The translations under genes and the position numbers were made by a program. The notes under the pieces were generated by a model, which was not told the DNA's origin, did no database searches, and saw only the letters and a program-made list of their open reading frames with translations. From Cystobasidiomycetes sp. EMM_F5 (Eukaryota), in contig JBPGPT010000014.1 in the NCBI GenBank assembly GCA_051047955.1, forward strand, positions 248,001-312,000: a DNA stretch of 64,000 nt, read 5' to 3'. Shown here piece by piece: positions 41,501 through 54,300 of this stretch. Every line of letters starts with the position of its first letter. Position 1 is the stretch's first letter.

Positions 41501-43073
41501 GAAAAAGTGCGTCAATGAGAAATGCCGACCTCGTACGCCCTTCGGAATGCCGGTTGAGCCAGAGGTGAAGGATAGGGTACCAACGCTATCCGGTCCGAGC
41601 GCGATCGCCACTCGCTGCGCGCGCTTTGTCAGATACGGCGCAAAAAAGTCTTCTCCCGTTGTACTTTCCGGACTGCCTATAATTGTGCCGTCGTCCATGA
41701 GTTGCAATGATGGAATTTCCACCTTGACTGACAGTTCCGTGTCCACATATTTACGAACGTGAGGGAGCAGGGTGCCGGCTCGCGCCAGGATTATGAGAGC
41801 ACGAGGCTTTGCGACTTCCAGGTATATCTGTTGACGCGCAGGAGGATATGCAGGGTCTGCAATTCTCCAAGTCAGCCAATTTTGAGATTGGGCATCTGCA
41901 CTCAAATGTACCTATCACTGAGAATGTCGCTCCGGCCTTCTGTATGCCAAGAACAGCCACGACCAAATCTACATTTCGGGTAGAATACACAGTAACAACA
42001 TCTTCCCGTTCAACTCCACCATCAATGAGTGAATGAGCCAGCACGTTGCTCGCTTCCTCGATATGACGATAAGTGAAGATTCGCGCTTTCCCCGATGATG
42101 TACTTTCGATGATGCAGCTCCTGTCTGGCGTCCTGGCAGCGTGATCGGAAAATATGTCTGTGATGGCACCTCTCCACCCGTTCCACTCTAGATCGGAACG
42201 AGGATCCGGCAAGATAGCGCGCTGAGATGACGTAATGAGATTTATCTGTCCTATGGTGGATAGAGGCTTGGAGACGACAGTCGTCAGTACTAGCGAGATC
42301 TGTTGCAGTACCTGCGATATGCGAGCGTGGGAGAAGAGCAGGGAATTGTAATGGAGACGTATCGAAACTGGCTGGACCAGTGAGGAGCGAGAAGAGGACA
42401 TTGACGCGGTGTTGGAGCCAGTCGCCGCCGCGCCACTGGATGCATCGTCTGTCCCGGACGATTTAGTGGAAATATAGATGGTCATGTCGGATGTCGAGGA
42501 AGTCTGCTCCATAAACTGCTTCTCTGCGCGATCCTTGTCTGACTCGTCGAAAAAGCGGACGCGGAAGAGTGGTCCTGTTCCTTGTTCTCTACCGAGTGCA
42601 TTGACGAGATCTTCGTATGGTACAGTGTCGGCTTCGGCCTCCGACTCGAGGAATTGAACCCGGCGTACGAGTTCCCAGAAGGTATCGCCAGGGTCACACT
42701 TTATTCGCAATAAGAGTGGGTCGCCTCTTTGCGATTTTACCGATGATGTCGCTATGAGTAGGTCGGTATCCCCTGTAAAGCGGTGAAGGAGGACAACAAA
42801 AGCGGATAGCAAAAGGTGGAAGGGGGAAGCGGGAGCGGGTAGTGATGAAGCGGAGACATCTTGTCCATCCTGTAGATTGTTGCTTTCGTCCGAGTCATCG
42901 TACAAGCTCAAACGAGCGAGACCGAGCGAAAGTCTGTCGGATAGAGTAGATGACTGGGTAGCTTCGACGAGCTTGCTTGAGTCTGTTGGGCGAGGATAGT
43001 CTGTTGGCAGAGCTAGCGACGGAAGATTGGACAGCCGACTCTGCCAGCGAGCCAGACGGTTGGCAACGTCCAT
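38545..43073 (-). CDS. LYS2: L-2-aminoadipate reductase (adenylation-thiolation-reductase), 3 exons
   Basis: Motifs [82 protein letters not shown], carrier FFDLGGHS, reductase [10 protein letters not shown] and GYGQSKW. Confidence 0.98.
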
Positions 43074-43275
43074 AATTATTGGCCTACCCAATCGCTTGGA
43101 TCACCAGCTGGCAGCGGAAGTTGCAGACTTTGCAGATATTCAGGCAGTGCGACCTCTGCAAATGAAACAAGTCGGAGATTTCCTTGACGATTGTAGCTTG
43201 AAACCGATCATTTGCGACAGACGTCGAAGCAGCCGTCAAGGCCTGGACTTGCATTTGCTCGTACAGTATAACAAT

Positions 43276-44009
43276 ATGGTGCGCGACATGTCTGGGATGT
43301 CAGCTTTCGTTCCGCTTACGCCCTCATCTCCCCATCTCCAGGAACCCTCTCTAGCATTGGTACCGTCATCAGCTGGACCATCCAGTATCGCCCATGCAAG
43401 CAGCTCTGCACTGGATGCGCACGGCCTGCACGACACACTAGAGTACGGACCACGCAGTATCGCCGCCGAGACTGCGCCAAAGCATCCCTTGGAGCATCGT
43501 TTGTCTCAGGTGGGTGGACGCGTTGGCTTGCGTCAGTCGATGCGATACGTAGACGATGAGGTCTGATTGGTGGGCACTACTCCATTTGTCTGTATATAGT
43601 GGAAAGAAACGCAAGATACGCTCAAGTTCACCTTGCAGCGTCAACTCTACGGCGTCCACATGCCAGTCCGGCAACTCATGGAGCGCAGTATCGTCTCTCA
43701 GGTCAGTATTGAAATGATCACGATGTAGGAAGTCGAGAGATCTCACGTCTTGAGTATCTGACAGAACCCTCACATGCCTACACGCAACACTACCGCGTTA
43801 TCGAGCCTACATATGGATATCCTGACTGGGAACGACGAGATGCTCGAGACCAAAGACATGTTTCTTCCTGGTAAGCCATCTTAAACGGACAAGTCTAATT
43901 GGGAACCAATTCAGCCTGGTTGAGCGACTGCTAACGTGTTTCTGTCGCAGAGGACCGCCGCTTACCTCTCGATATCCATCGCGAAATGGAACGAAAGCTG
44001 AAGATATAG
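43276..44009 (+). CDS. UMP1: Proteasome maturation factor Ump1/POMP, multi-exon
   Basis: GLHDTLEYGPRS...HPLEHRLSQ/WKETQ...LQRQLYGVHMPVRQLME...LHMDILTGNDE...DIHREMERKLKI*. Confidence 0.92.
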
Positions 44010-44726
44010 ATATGGTCTATTTCACTGTAGTCCAAGCGGCGCACCTTAGTCCTGTTGTAACAGTCGTGCTGCATGTAACCGCGTTGAGCTGTACCAATCA
44101 ACAATGAATCCAAAGTTTGGCCTCTCCCGCCAACAGCCGATGCTGCCGAATCGCTCAAAAAGCTTGAAGAGTCTTTGCATGTTGACGATACGCCAGACTC
44201 CAAGAAGCGTATCGCATCCACCAGTCAACGCGTAAAGTCTGTCACCTGGAGTGTGCTGGCCGTGTTTACATTCGGTGCGCTCTTTATACACGTCCTCGGC
44301 CTGCCTGCTCGGTCATCGGGGTACTTGAGCATAGGCTGATGGATGACGCGCAGGCGGATAGAACAACAACGGCAAGCTGCTGCAAAGTGGAGACAGCTGT
44401 GAACGAAGCAACAAGCCTCCCGGGGTTTAAGAAGACTGCTGGAAGCCAGCTGACCGTCACCGCTTTGTTGGCGCTTTTGGCCACACAGGCAGGATATCCC
44501 TTCTCAGGCGTGGAGATATTGCTGTTACGAGTCTCTGCGCACGCTGTAACGAAGTCGAAGTCCTGAGTTCCCTGCTCCACCGTCTATCCCGCTCAGACGT
44601 TTGCGTCGTAAAAAGCGTGCCCTGACCTGGCCTTCTATCCAAGATTGTGTTCAGAAGAGACAGGCAACCAACCTCTTTGTTGGAGGCGAGATTTGGCACT
44701 GATATAACCACCAGAAGAACATCACT

Positions 44727-47700
44727 ATGACCGTCGGTGCCCAGCGTTCCAATCAATCCTCTTCTTCCTCCTTCATAAATCTACCTCCCATGCCGCAGCC
44801 AGATCATGGTCCACAACATGCGTCAAATGATCAATCGATGAGTGTCTCCCAGAAAGCGCAACAAAAAGAGCATGTACCGACACTGTCGAGAAATCAGGCT
44901 TGTCGGACTTGTAGGTCTCGTAAAGTTCGTTGCGATGCACAAAAGCCAGGCTGTGGGGCTTGTCGCAAGACTGCAACGGTGCAAGGGAGAGATCCAGATC
45001 AAGTCGTGTGCGAGTACGACACGGAAGATAATCCAGGCAATCCTCCTCGCAAGCGAAAATATCACGATATCACGACACAATCGAGAAATGCGGAGGGATC
45101 AAAACGTACAAACCCGAATCACTCGCAATCGTCGACGCCCAGTGATGGTATTACAGCTTCTGTCACCCATACCAGTGGTAGAGGCGGTGGTCAGAAGCTC
45201 ACCAGTGACAAGAAGGTCGCGGATCTCGTAAAGACGATTGCTGAACTGCAGCAAGAGCTACAACAACAACACGATAAAGGTCATACTCGGCCCGATTCCA
45301 ATATCTTCACTGACGGCAGTGTGCCGTTCCAGATGGCTTCGGCTATAGGTGCGCCCCCGCAGCCACAGCAGGAACAACTCCATCTGCAACAGCAGTACGA
45401 CTGGTCATCGACGGTTGCGGCTGGTAACCTACCTCCGGCCTTCATGCTTGGATCAAACTTCTCCATGGCGAGCATGCCTTCCACCATGGGCGCAGGCGCG
45501 ATGGGCTTTGGGAACGGGACCTTTTTCGGGCACGGTCTTACGGATGGATTGTCCGCTGCGGCTATCGGTGCTGGAGCTGGTCCAGCGCCTGCCACAGCTG
45601 TGTCACAAGAGACATCACCATTTCCGCCACAGCAAGGTGGTTATCGCCGAGCGCCTGACCGAAGCGGAGTCTTGTCAAACTCGCTCAGTCCAATCGCTCG
45701 TACAGACATGGCAAATCAGAGCGGCCAAATCGGCCCCTCTACTTTTACTCTGCCTCCCGCAGCTTCACTTCATCCGATCAATGGTCAGCTACCGCAAGCA
45801 GAAGCGCAAACCGGCATATTCAATGCCCAGTCTCGCCGACCATCGATTGTGCCAAATCAAGAACAGACTTCCAGCTATAGCTCCCATCAACTTTCCTCCG
45901 ATAATATGCATCAACATCAACTCAACACCCTGCCAAACAATGGTCAGCTTGCTGACAGCGATTTCTTCGGTCTGTTCTGGCCTAATTGGCCGCCATCTCT
46001 GCCAAGCCCAAAGCTGGTTTATCAGCTTGTTGACGTCTACTTCTCCAAGCGATATCTAATGGAAGATCTCGTCAACAAGCAGAAATTCCTTGCAAACTTG
46101 GCTCTCCCCCCAACTGACAAGGACTTTCCGCATGTCTCCCTCGTCCACGCAATGTGCGCAACAGCGACCAAGTTCGTCGAAGCTGATGGTGAGGATGGCC
46201 GGTGTACGCTAAATCTTCTCGTCGCTAATACCTGTTTTATTCAGCATTCGAACTCGACAAGGAAACCTACTGGCGCAGCGAAGCTTCGCCTACCGATTAC
46301 CATGCCGCAGCTGCAAAGTCGTCCATTGACAATGCAATAATCAAGGGCGAGAAGCTGTTCAACGTGGCGCAAGCCATTATCTTGATCTGCTTTTACTCGT
46401 ATTCGTCTGCACGTTTTGTCGAAGTGTGGTTGTACTGCGGGTTAGCAACCCGGATCTGCGCACCCTTGGGTCTTAACCACATAGAATCTATCATTCAGGA
46501 TACTCCACTCGCGTCTGATCCGGTTGTCGACACCAATAAAGCGCCCAATAACGGACAAGGCGTCAAGATAGACGATACGCGCCACCGGAAGCGTGAGAAG
46601 CAAGCTGGCTTCGCTCCGCAGTCAGAAGAAGATAAGGCCGAGCAAGCTTCAGTCTTCTGGAAAGCCTTCGTTGCGGACCGCCTGGCCACAGCATGCACCG
46701 GATGGGCCTCCTCACTTGCAGAAGACGAAATTTCAACTCTGTTGCCAAAACCGAATCCGAAGCCTGGACCTATTCAACCAGTGACTGCAGAAGAGATGGA
46801 ACACCTTTCTATATCTTCGCCAACCTTCTTTACTTCAAACAGCTTGCCGTTAGTCGATGCACCGAACTTACACTACAAGAGCGTTATCCTTCTCGGTCGG
46901 GTTTGTGCATTCTTGCGGAGTGCGTATTTGCTACTTTCGGGACTTCTCGACGTGGAGGCTAAAGCTTGTACCGACCCCAGGTGCGCCCTTTCCACTAGGT
47001 TCGGACGCCGTGAAAAGCAGAAGGGCTCAGATCAATGGGAAATCCATTTCCCTGGCCGATGTTGCGGCATCGCTTGAGTTCAAACGCTTGGACGCCTTGA
47101 TTGTTGCATTCCGTCTAAGTTTTCCCAAGGAGTGAGTGACAACATACCAGCTTGCCAGTGGCAGTCTGACCACATACAACAGGTTCAAAAGTGTCGTCCG
47201 AAAAGATACTAACGGAGAATGCGACACTAATCTGGTCTCCGCCCACGTTATTCCTCACGCTGCTACGATCCTGCTGCACGAAGCGTTCTGCAAGTCTGAA
47301 AATGATATATCAATGCAACGCTGCTTGACTTCAGCTCGGGCAATCCTCAGTATCATATACTTGCTCTGGGGTTCGACCTATGACATCTCCCTCGTTCAAC
47401 CCTTCATCACGTTCTGCTGGGCAGTTGCGGGCAGTGAGTGCGACGGAGCTCAATTCGTGAAGTCGTCCACCCCTGATTATGCAATTCAGGAACATTGGTG
47501 CGACAGCTAGCTTTTAAACAGGAGAATGAAGACGAGCTAGCGGCAGCCACATTAACGCAAGAGGTAAGATCGATATGCGTTTACGTATGGTACCATATCC
47601 GACTGAGCTTTTTGCGTACAGATCAATGTCATTCTCTCCGCCATGTCTGTCTTCGCCGACCGTAGTCCGCTTGGTGTGGTCGTGGCAAGCTCTCTCAAGG

Positions 47701-48058
47701 CCCTCTTGAGCGAACCACAGTCGTGTCATCCGAGGAACAACGGAGGGATGCCTATGGGCTGCGGCAGCAATGGGGGAGCATTCAACAAAGCTGGCGCAGA
47801 CGCGCCCGTGAATGAGCCAGTAGAAACTCAAATCGGGAGCAGCGCAAGTTCCCACGCCACGGCACAAAGCGACGGCGGTCCTGCAACAGCTAGCAGTACG
47901 GACCTGAACACGCCGACGAATACGTTCTCTGGTCTGCTATGGGAGCTTGAGCAGCCTGGCGGAGATCTTGGGTCGTATTCGGACACGAAATATAAGGATG
48001 CTGATCTGGACTTAAGAAGCCTGCTTGGACCGTCTTACGATCAGTTGATGAGCTTTTA
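44727..48058 (+). CDS. Zn(II)2Cys6 fungal transcription factor with a fungal-specific middle homology region, multi-exon
   Basis: RNQACRTCRSRKVRCDAQKPGCGAC...CEY, then LVDVYF, HAMCATA, WLYCGLATRICAPLGL, FWKAFVADR. Confidence 0.92.
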
Positions 48059-48284
48059 GAGGATATTCATCATGCCAGCGAAGGTAGTTGCCACGCATTG
48101 ATACTGTAATATTACGGTTTTGCTTGCAAATGCGATACAGATGCTAAAATGCGATACCGATACAACTTCTAAAGCTGAGACAATCAAAGTGTTCACATCA
48201 ACATTTATTTGCATAACTATTGACCGCTGACTACTTTCTGTGGTGCATACCTACCAGTCTCGTGGCTAGTCTCGTGACGATCGC

Positions 48285-51037
48285 TTAGAATGGAGGCAGA
48301 GGTCGTCTACAGAGGGGGCACTCCATCTTGATAGCCGCCCATGATTCCAGACATTCAGTGTGTGCGATATGATGGCATGGCGGAACCTGCTCGAAAGTAT
48401 TAGTCAGGGCTGTGGGGTCTGCGTGCACAGAGCTGCGCACCATATAACTCATTCTATTTGCGCCTCGACGCACTCCACTGATGACATCGCCCACTGCGTT
48501 GACAGGCGTGTCTTTCTCTGCTGTGCGCATGTCGATGCTATGGCGCCCAGGTGCGCTCAACTCGATCTTCTCCAAACATATCGTACAGTCGACTTCCTTG
48601 AGAGCACCGCTACGCCCGCCGCTCTCGATATCTTCCGGCGGCATGATCGGATGATAATCCCAACTCTGCTCTTCTGGGAACCAGAACCCTCGTGGCAGGA
48701 AGAACCGCGAGCCATAGTAGTCCTGCAGAAGCAGGAACGTAACCTGAAAGATCTGCCACGCTACCAGAGCGTATACCCAAGGGGATTTCTCTGTAAAGAG
48801 CAGATTCTGCGGGCAGGCCCATACGTAAAGAGGTATAAACAAGCGTGCAGCTGTTGTGCAAAATATGTACTGCTTAAGCAGAGCATTCCTGCTAGTCCCG
48901 CGTTCAGCGTTGTGATATATTTGCGGCACTGCAGCAAAACTTTCGTCAGAGGCGTCCCTGGGACAGAATTATCGGCAACGCACCCCAGAATGAATAGGCC
49001 AGCGACAGAATTATCGGAAACCAGCCAATAAAAACAAAGCAGAGAAGAACAATTCCGGCGCAGATCGCGAACGCAATGGCCCCTGTTCATCGCCGCACGG
49101 AACATGGATCAGTACCTAGGCTGCAAGCACATGTGATGTCTTACGTTTGCGGTTTTCGGCAGCTTCCGGACCTTCGCTTGGCTCTGGTGCACGCATCGAA
49201 GCAAGAAGAGGAGTGGTGGTGTTGGCCAGTTCTGCCGAGGGGGTATCCTGCTCTTCAGGCGCTACTGGAGCTACGGTAGTGACAGGAGCAGCGGTGGCCG
49301 GTCGGAAAGATTGTACTCGGATAATGGCAGCATATCGTAGTCCGAAGAGCAGACCTGCCATAATGCCGAAAAACCCAGGGACCAGAAGAGCAAGAGAGGC
49401 TTTGTTTTGCGTAACGATACCAAGAGTGAGATGCGTAACGCAAAAGTACACATCAAGAATGACTTGTATTGAAATTGTAAGATGCGAAACCTTGCTGATT
49501 GCCTGACGGAATAATTCGCATATGTTGAGCGAATGATTGTGACAGCCAGGATGTCTACTCACCATAGGTGTGCCCGTATATTCCATCTGACGCACCAGTA
49601 CCCAGGTCTGCACAGCAGTTACTAAGGCGAGTATGAAGCCATATGTGATGGCTTTGCTCCAGAAGACGTCCAGCTCTAGAACTTGCATGTCATCCAGGTC
49701 TATCACTAAATTACAGTCACGGCTGAAAGCCACGCTATCCACAATAGGTGGAGGTAGATGTATAACTGATCTTCCTGTAGGCAATCGCATTTCGGCTTCG
49801 CGGTCTTCAACTTGCTTGCGAGTAATTCCGACTGGCAAGGGACGCATCTGACCGTACATGGAGAAGGAGCAATTGAAAGAACGATCGTTGTCGGTGTCTG
49901 GGGAGATGCAATAAGCGGGGTGCGTGCGTGTCGACAATGTGCGTGACCCTTACCACCGCCAGATTCTGGGTAATGACCGCTCGATAGAGCTTCCTGAATT
50001 CGATCGAGTCGAGCATCGAGCTCGGCGAGGACCGTTTGCCCCGTAATATTGCGGGTGACATTCGACAGGAGAAGACCGGGCAGCTGTCGCATGTCCAGAT
50101 CTTTCCAAGGTGGAGCTCCGTGCATAAAGAATGATCCATTGCGAAGAAAGCTGTATGGTGGATTAGCTTGGGCGCATACTGCTAAAGGTTCAGCAACCTA
50201 CTGTATACCTTCGAGATCTACTTCGACAGTCCGACTACCTACATTGCCGGTGTCCGAGTCGCTCTCGACCATATCATGCAATTGAAACTCGATACTACCG
50301 CGTATAAGCACTACTTCTGCAGCTTTACTCTCTTCTGAGGCGTCGGCGCCCTTCTTGTGTGGCACACTCTCCCGAACATTCAGCCTGACTGTCCGGCCGT
50401 CTCTGACTTTCTTTCGCCTGCTGAGACCTGTCCAGGGAAACTGTCCCCTTTTATTCTGAAGTTCCGTTTGATTGGCACTAGGCAAGCTGATGTTTATCGT
50501 AGGCTGCGATGTCCAGACGCCCTTGAAGAAACCTGAGACGTTTCGGTAGTACACGGGCTGCGGATGAGACTGCTCGTGCAGCAAAGCGTCGACACGAGGC
50601 CGTAGTATTGCCGGAGGAGTAAGATCCTGCAAGATGAACGCAGTCCTGTTGGTTGCGGACGTGGCGTTGTCATTTACATAAACCGATTCTGCGAGATGCT
50701 CGGCTGTATCTGACACTGAAGCCAGAGTGCTCGTCATGTTACTGGCCGTATGCGGAAACAGCCAGGCTTTGAACTCGTCGCGTTCCCTCGTCAACCTCGT
50801 TAGTGCATTGCGATAATGCATCTCTGCTGTTCCATCCGGACCACCCCCAGACGACATAAAGAAGAACATCATGCTGAGAAACATAAAGTAGCTGAGACTG
50901 CCTCGTTGCTGCTGGACTTGCTGGAAAGCTGTGGGATTCGGAACATCGTTATTTGCAGTGCCGGCTGTCGTCACTGGAGGACTCCTCTGTCCATCGGTAT
51001 CGCCAGAGCCATTCGCTGGCCTCCCGTTGGCGTCCAT
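48285..51037 (-). CDS. TUL1: Golgi transmembrane RING E3 ubiquitin ligase Tul1/Dsc1-like, multi-exon
   Basis: Lumenal YYRNVSGFFKG, several TM helices (LVRQMEYT, ISKVS, SFW/VPQIY, RLFIPLYVWACPQN) and C-terminal RING-H2 CTIC...PCHHIAHTECLESW...CPLCRRPLPP. Confidence 0.9.
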
Positions 51038-51312
51038 GTTGCGGCTCAACAGCCGGTATCAGTACAGGGTCGTCATGGCTTGACTCAACACATGTCGCTT
51101 GCGTGCATCAAATGGCTCTATAGAAGGGCAGCAATGATCGATAACGGTCACGGTCATTGCAATGGACGGCAGCAATTTACTTTAGTGCGATTGTTGCAGC
51201 ATTGTTGACTGACTGAGCCTAACACGCTAATAGCTGGCTAAGCTCATCTCCAGCAATATAGACGATTTGGCTGTTGCCGAACTATCGACAAACGAAATTT
51301 TGGCCAGCAGGG

Positions 51313-54300
51313 TCACGACGCACCTGTATGCCAGCTGCGAATGATTTCCGTTTTCACGCCTTCAATGCCAGCCCGCAATGCTAGCAAGGTTGCAGCCTCG
51401 ACGAGTTCGCCAGAGACAACCTCCGTGTCGCCCCAACGCTTCTGTATGTAATCCAGACGGAGTACGGCATCTTGAGTGTTTCGCACTGCGCGCAAGAGAC
51501 CAGGTTCCTGTTGCCCAATTCGAGCTGAGCCGAGGCCCGAAGCTAAAGCGTCCACTAGCCACTGGCACAGCTGGGCCAAGGGCGAGAGCCCGGCATCGAT
51601 GGTGTCGGGTTGATCCGAACCGCCCATATGCCATGCCAGTCGCCTCGAAGCGTGACTGATTGTCTGCACGATTTCCAGGTCGAAATCTGCGCATAAATTC
51701 TCTCAGTTTCGGAAAAGATGCGAAAGCATATATCGCTATGTACCCTGAGACCAGTTGGCATGGATTGCATTCAGCACTTCCAGGATCCACAGACCATCTC
51801 GAGCGCGCCGCAATTTCCCGGGCTGTATCGCAATGATACAATTATCGATGCATGTGAGCAATAGCCGTGATTCCGCGAGGCTTGCTGCCTTGACGGTCCC
51901 GAGGTAATTGATGAAGTCGTGTTTTGTAAGGAGGTCTCTTGCCGCGGAGATCTGGCCTGTCCAAGCAGCGAAAAGCTGAGCAACAAGCCAGTCACAAGCA
52001 GGTCAGGACTTTTGTCTTATTGAAGATCGCTCGCGCTTACCCGCAAAATCGATATACGTTCAGTTTGGGCTCCTCTTCCATCATCATTGCTCATAAGAGT
52101 CGCCATTAGATCCAGGACTTGCCGGCGCCGTAGTATTTTCCAATCTTCGCTGCAGTGCGCACTGTCCGTTAAAAGCTCTATTAACCATCGGCGCTCTGCG
52201 AAGCTGTCTTCGGAGGAAGAATAGAAAAGATTATACAACAACGGTACGTCCTTGACGTCCAGGACTGGCCGAGACAGCAGGAACCGCTGTATAAGAGGAT
52301 ATGAAAAGTGCTCCGGACTCGAGATACTGTGCAAGGCTCGAACCATGAACAAGGGGATCAAAGTCGAGGTAGTATCGTCAAGTGACATTGTAGCCGGAAT
52401 AGTGTTACGGGCAACTTCGATAGCCAGTAAAATCTCATCCTTCTCTCGAAAGTCGGCCGACTGGGTCGGAACGCTAGTCAGTCTCGATTCGATGGCAACG
52501 AAAAATGCTGACCCGCCTGCAAAGCGTTCCTGGCTTTTGCCAAGATACGGTCACCAGCTAGTTGATACTGTCTGCTTGGCGATGCGATGGCACAGAAGGC
52601 GAGCCCAAGAGCATTTGACCGGATGAGACTCAGCCATCCTATCCGCTCAACATTGTCACCATCGATGATAGCGTTGATGTACGGAAGCATGAAAGCAGGA
52701 TCGGCTACGCCACTAGCATCGCGGTCTGAGCTCGTCCGATCTAGGATATAAACACAGGCTTTGTGCACGCTGTCGGCACTGATTCCAGATAGAACTTGCT
52801 GGAAATCGACAGCTACTCCTCGTAGCTCAAGAGGCACCCATAGCTTTATTATGGAGCGCAAGGATGTCGAGTGAAGCGCTTCCGCTGCCCGCATTATGTG
52901 AAGGATCGCTTGATCCGCGCAAGATAGAGTACCTCCATACAATGCTATCAGGGTAGGTAGAACATCCAGGGTGTCTAGTACAGCCAGCTCCTTCAGTAAG
53001 GTTGCTTCGAGTAGAAGAGCAGCTTGTGAACGTATTGCCGAGGGCTTAGCGAAAGCCTGTCGCAGTCGATTATCGGCCAATATTGTCTGTGCCATACGCG
53101 TCAGACTGCCAACGGGCAGGTCCGTGCGGCGAATCAGCTGCGTCAGGAAGGCAAGGCTTTCAACATCGTTGAATCTGTTCTGTAAGCCGGCGACAATGAC
53201 CGGCTCGGCAAGGTGAATCTTGGGAGTCCAAGTCTGCTGCTCAGCAGCTAGAATGGCGGCTGTCAAGTCCACCTGTCATAAGCTATGAAGACAAATCAAT
53301 AGACATGAACGCACTGAGAGATTGAATGAATCCTTGTACTTGCGTAGTATTTGTGACATCTTCTGCGAATCGTCGCACAAGCCAACGCAAACTCTCATCA
53401 CTAAAGATGTTAAGGAGGGGTTCATCAGTTGTGTGCTGATCGATCTTGCGGGTAATTTGGAGGGTTGCTTCCAGTGATTGCGCAGAGAAGAGCGTTGGCA
53501 GGATCCCCTCATTGGTCCGTAGACGACGTGTGATGGAAATCACAATTTCGTCTTGTAGATCTGGGTCAGTGGCCAGGTATACCAAAACGTGCGTAACCTT
53601 CGACTGCGCCTCCCCATCAATAGCCGAGAACCATGCATCGATAGTAGGGGCAACCAAACGCCTCCAAGAATCGATCTGACCGGGGATGTTCTTAGCGGAC
53701 TTGACCGTCATAAGTGAAAGGTAGATAGGCTCGAAAGTCTGATATGTCTCCACGCCGGAATTGATTGCCTCGACCTGCGATAGAGCGATGCTGCCCCGCA
53801 ATACCGCCACTGCAACTATCCGCGCCCTGCCGGAATTCCATTGGGCTGTATTCAGGATTATCGTTGCTGCCAGGCCAAGCCAAGAAATATCAGAATCTTG
53901 ATGGGGCTGACAGCGGTCGTCAGTACCGCTCGACCAAAGACCGACAGGCAGTGTCATCTCTGCCGTCCTCGCGATCACATCCGACGGGCAATTCGACAAT
54001 TGGTCTACCAATTTTTCGGATTCTAGCAGTTTTTGCCAGTATTTACCGACGGTATTATCGAGGAGAGAATCATTTGGAAGCTGAAGCAGCCTTTGGCATG
54101 CAACTACTATAAGCGACGCATGTAACGTTTCCAAACGAGTGTTATTCAAAGTCAGAACGGAAAGTAAGGCGTCGTGCGCATGGAGAAAGGACGACGAGGG
54201 AATCAATCGGCGTAGTGCGTCAACGGCCTATATAGCAATCAGTAATCGAGCGTGTTGCACTCGTTTAGTTTTGCACTCACTACCGGAGAGCGCGAGGACA

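Noticed and set aside
38545..43073. Possible NRPS-like secondary metabolite cluster (A-T-R enzyme near a Zn2Cys6 factor)
   Set aside because: The motifs identify primary-metabolic Lys2. Neighbours are housekeeping genes, with no tailoring enzymes or transporters.
48128..48276. Short direct repeats (AAATGCGATAC x2, AGTCTCGTG x2) between convergent genes
   Set aside because: Too short and irregular for a CRISPR array or transposon termini; probably slippage.
48360..49031. 223-aa plus-strand ORF, and similar antisense ORFs such as 21858-22631 and 57910-58566
   Set aside because: These are antisense shadows of better-supported genes, with no motifs of their own.
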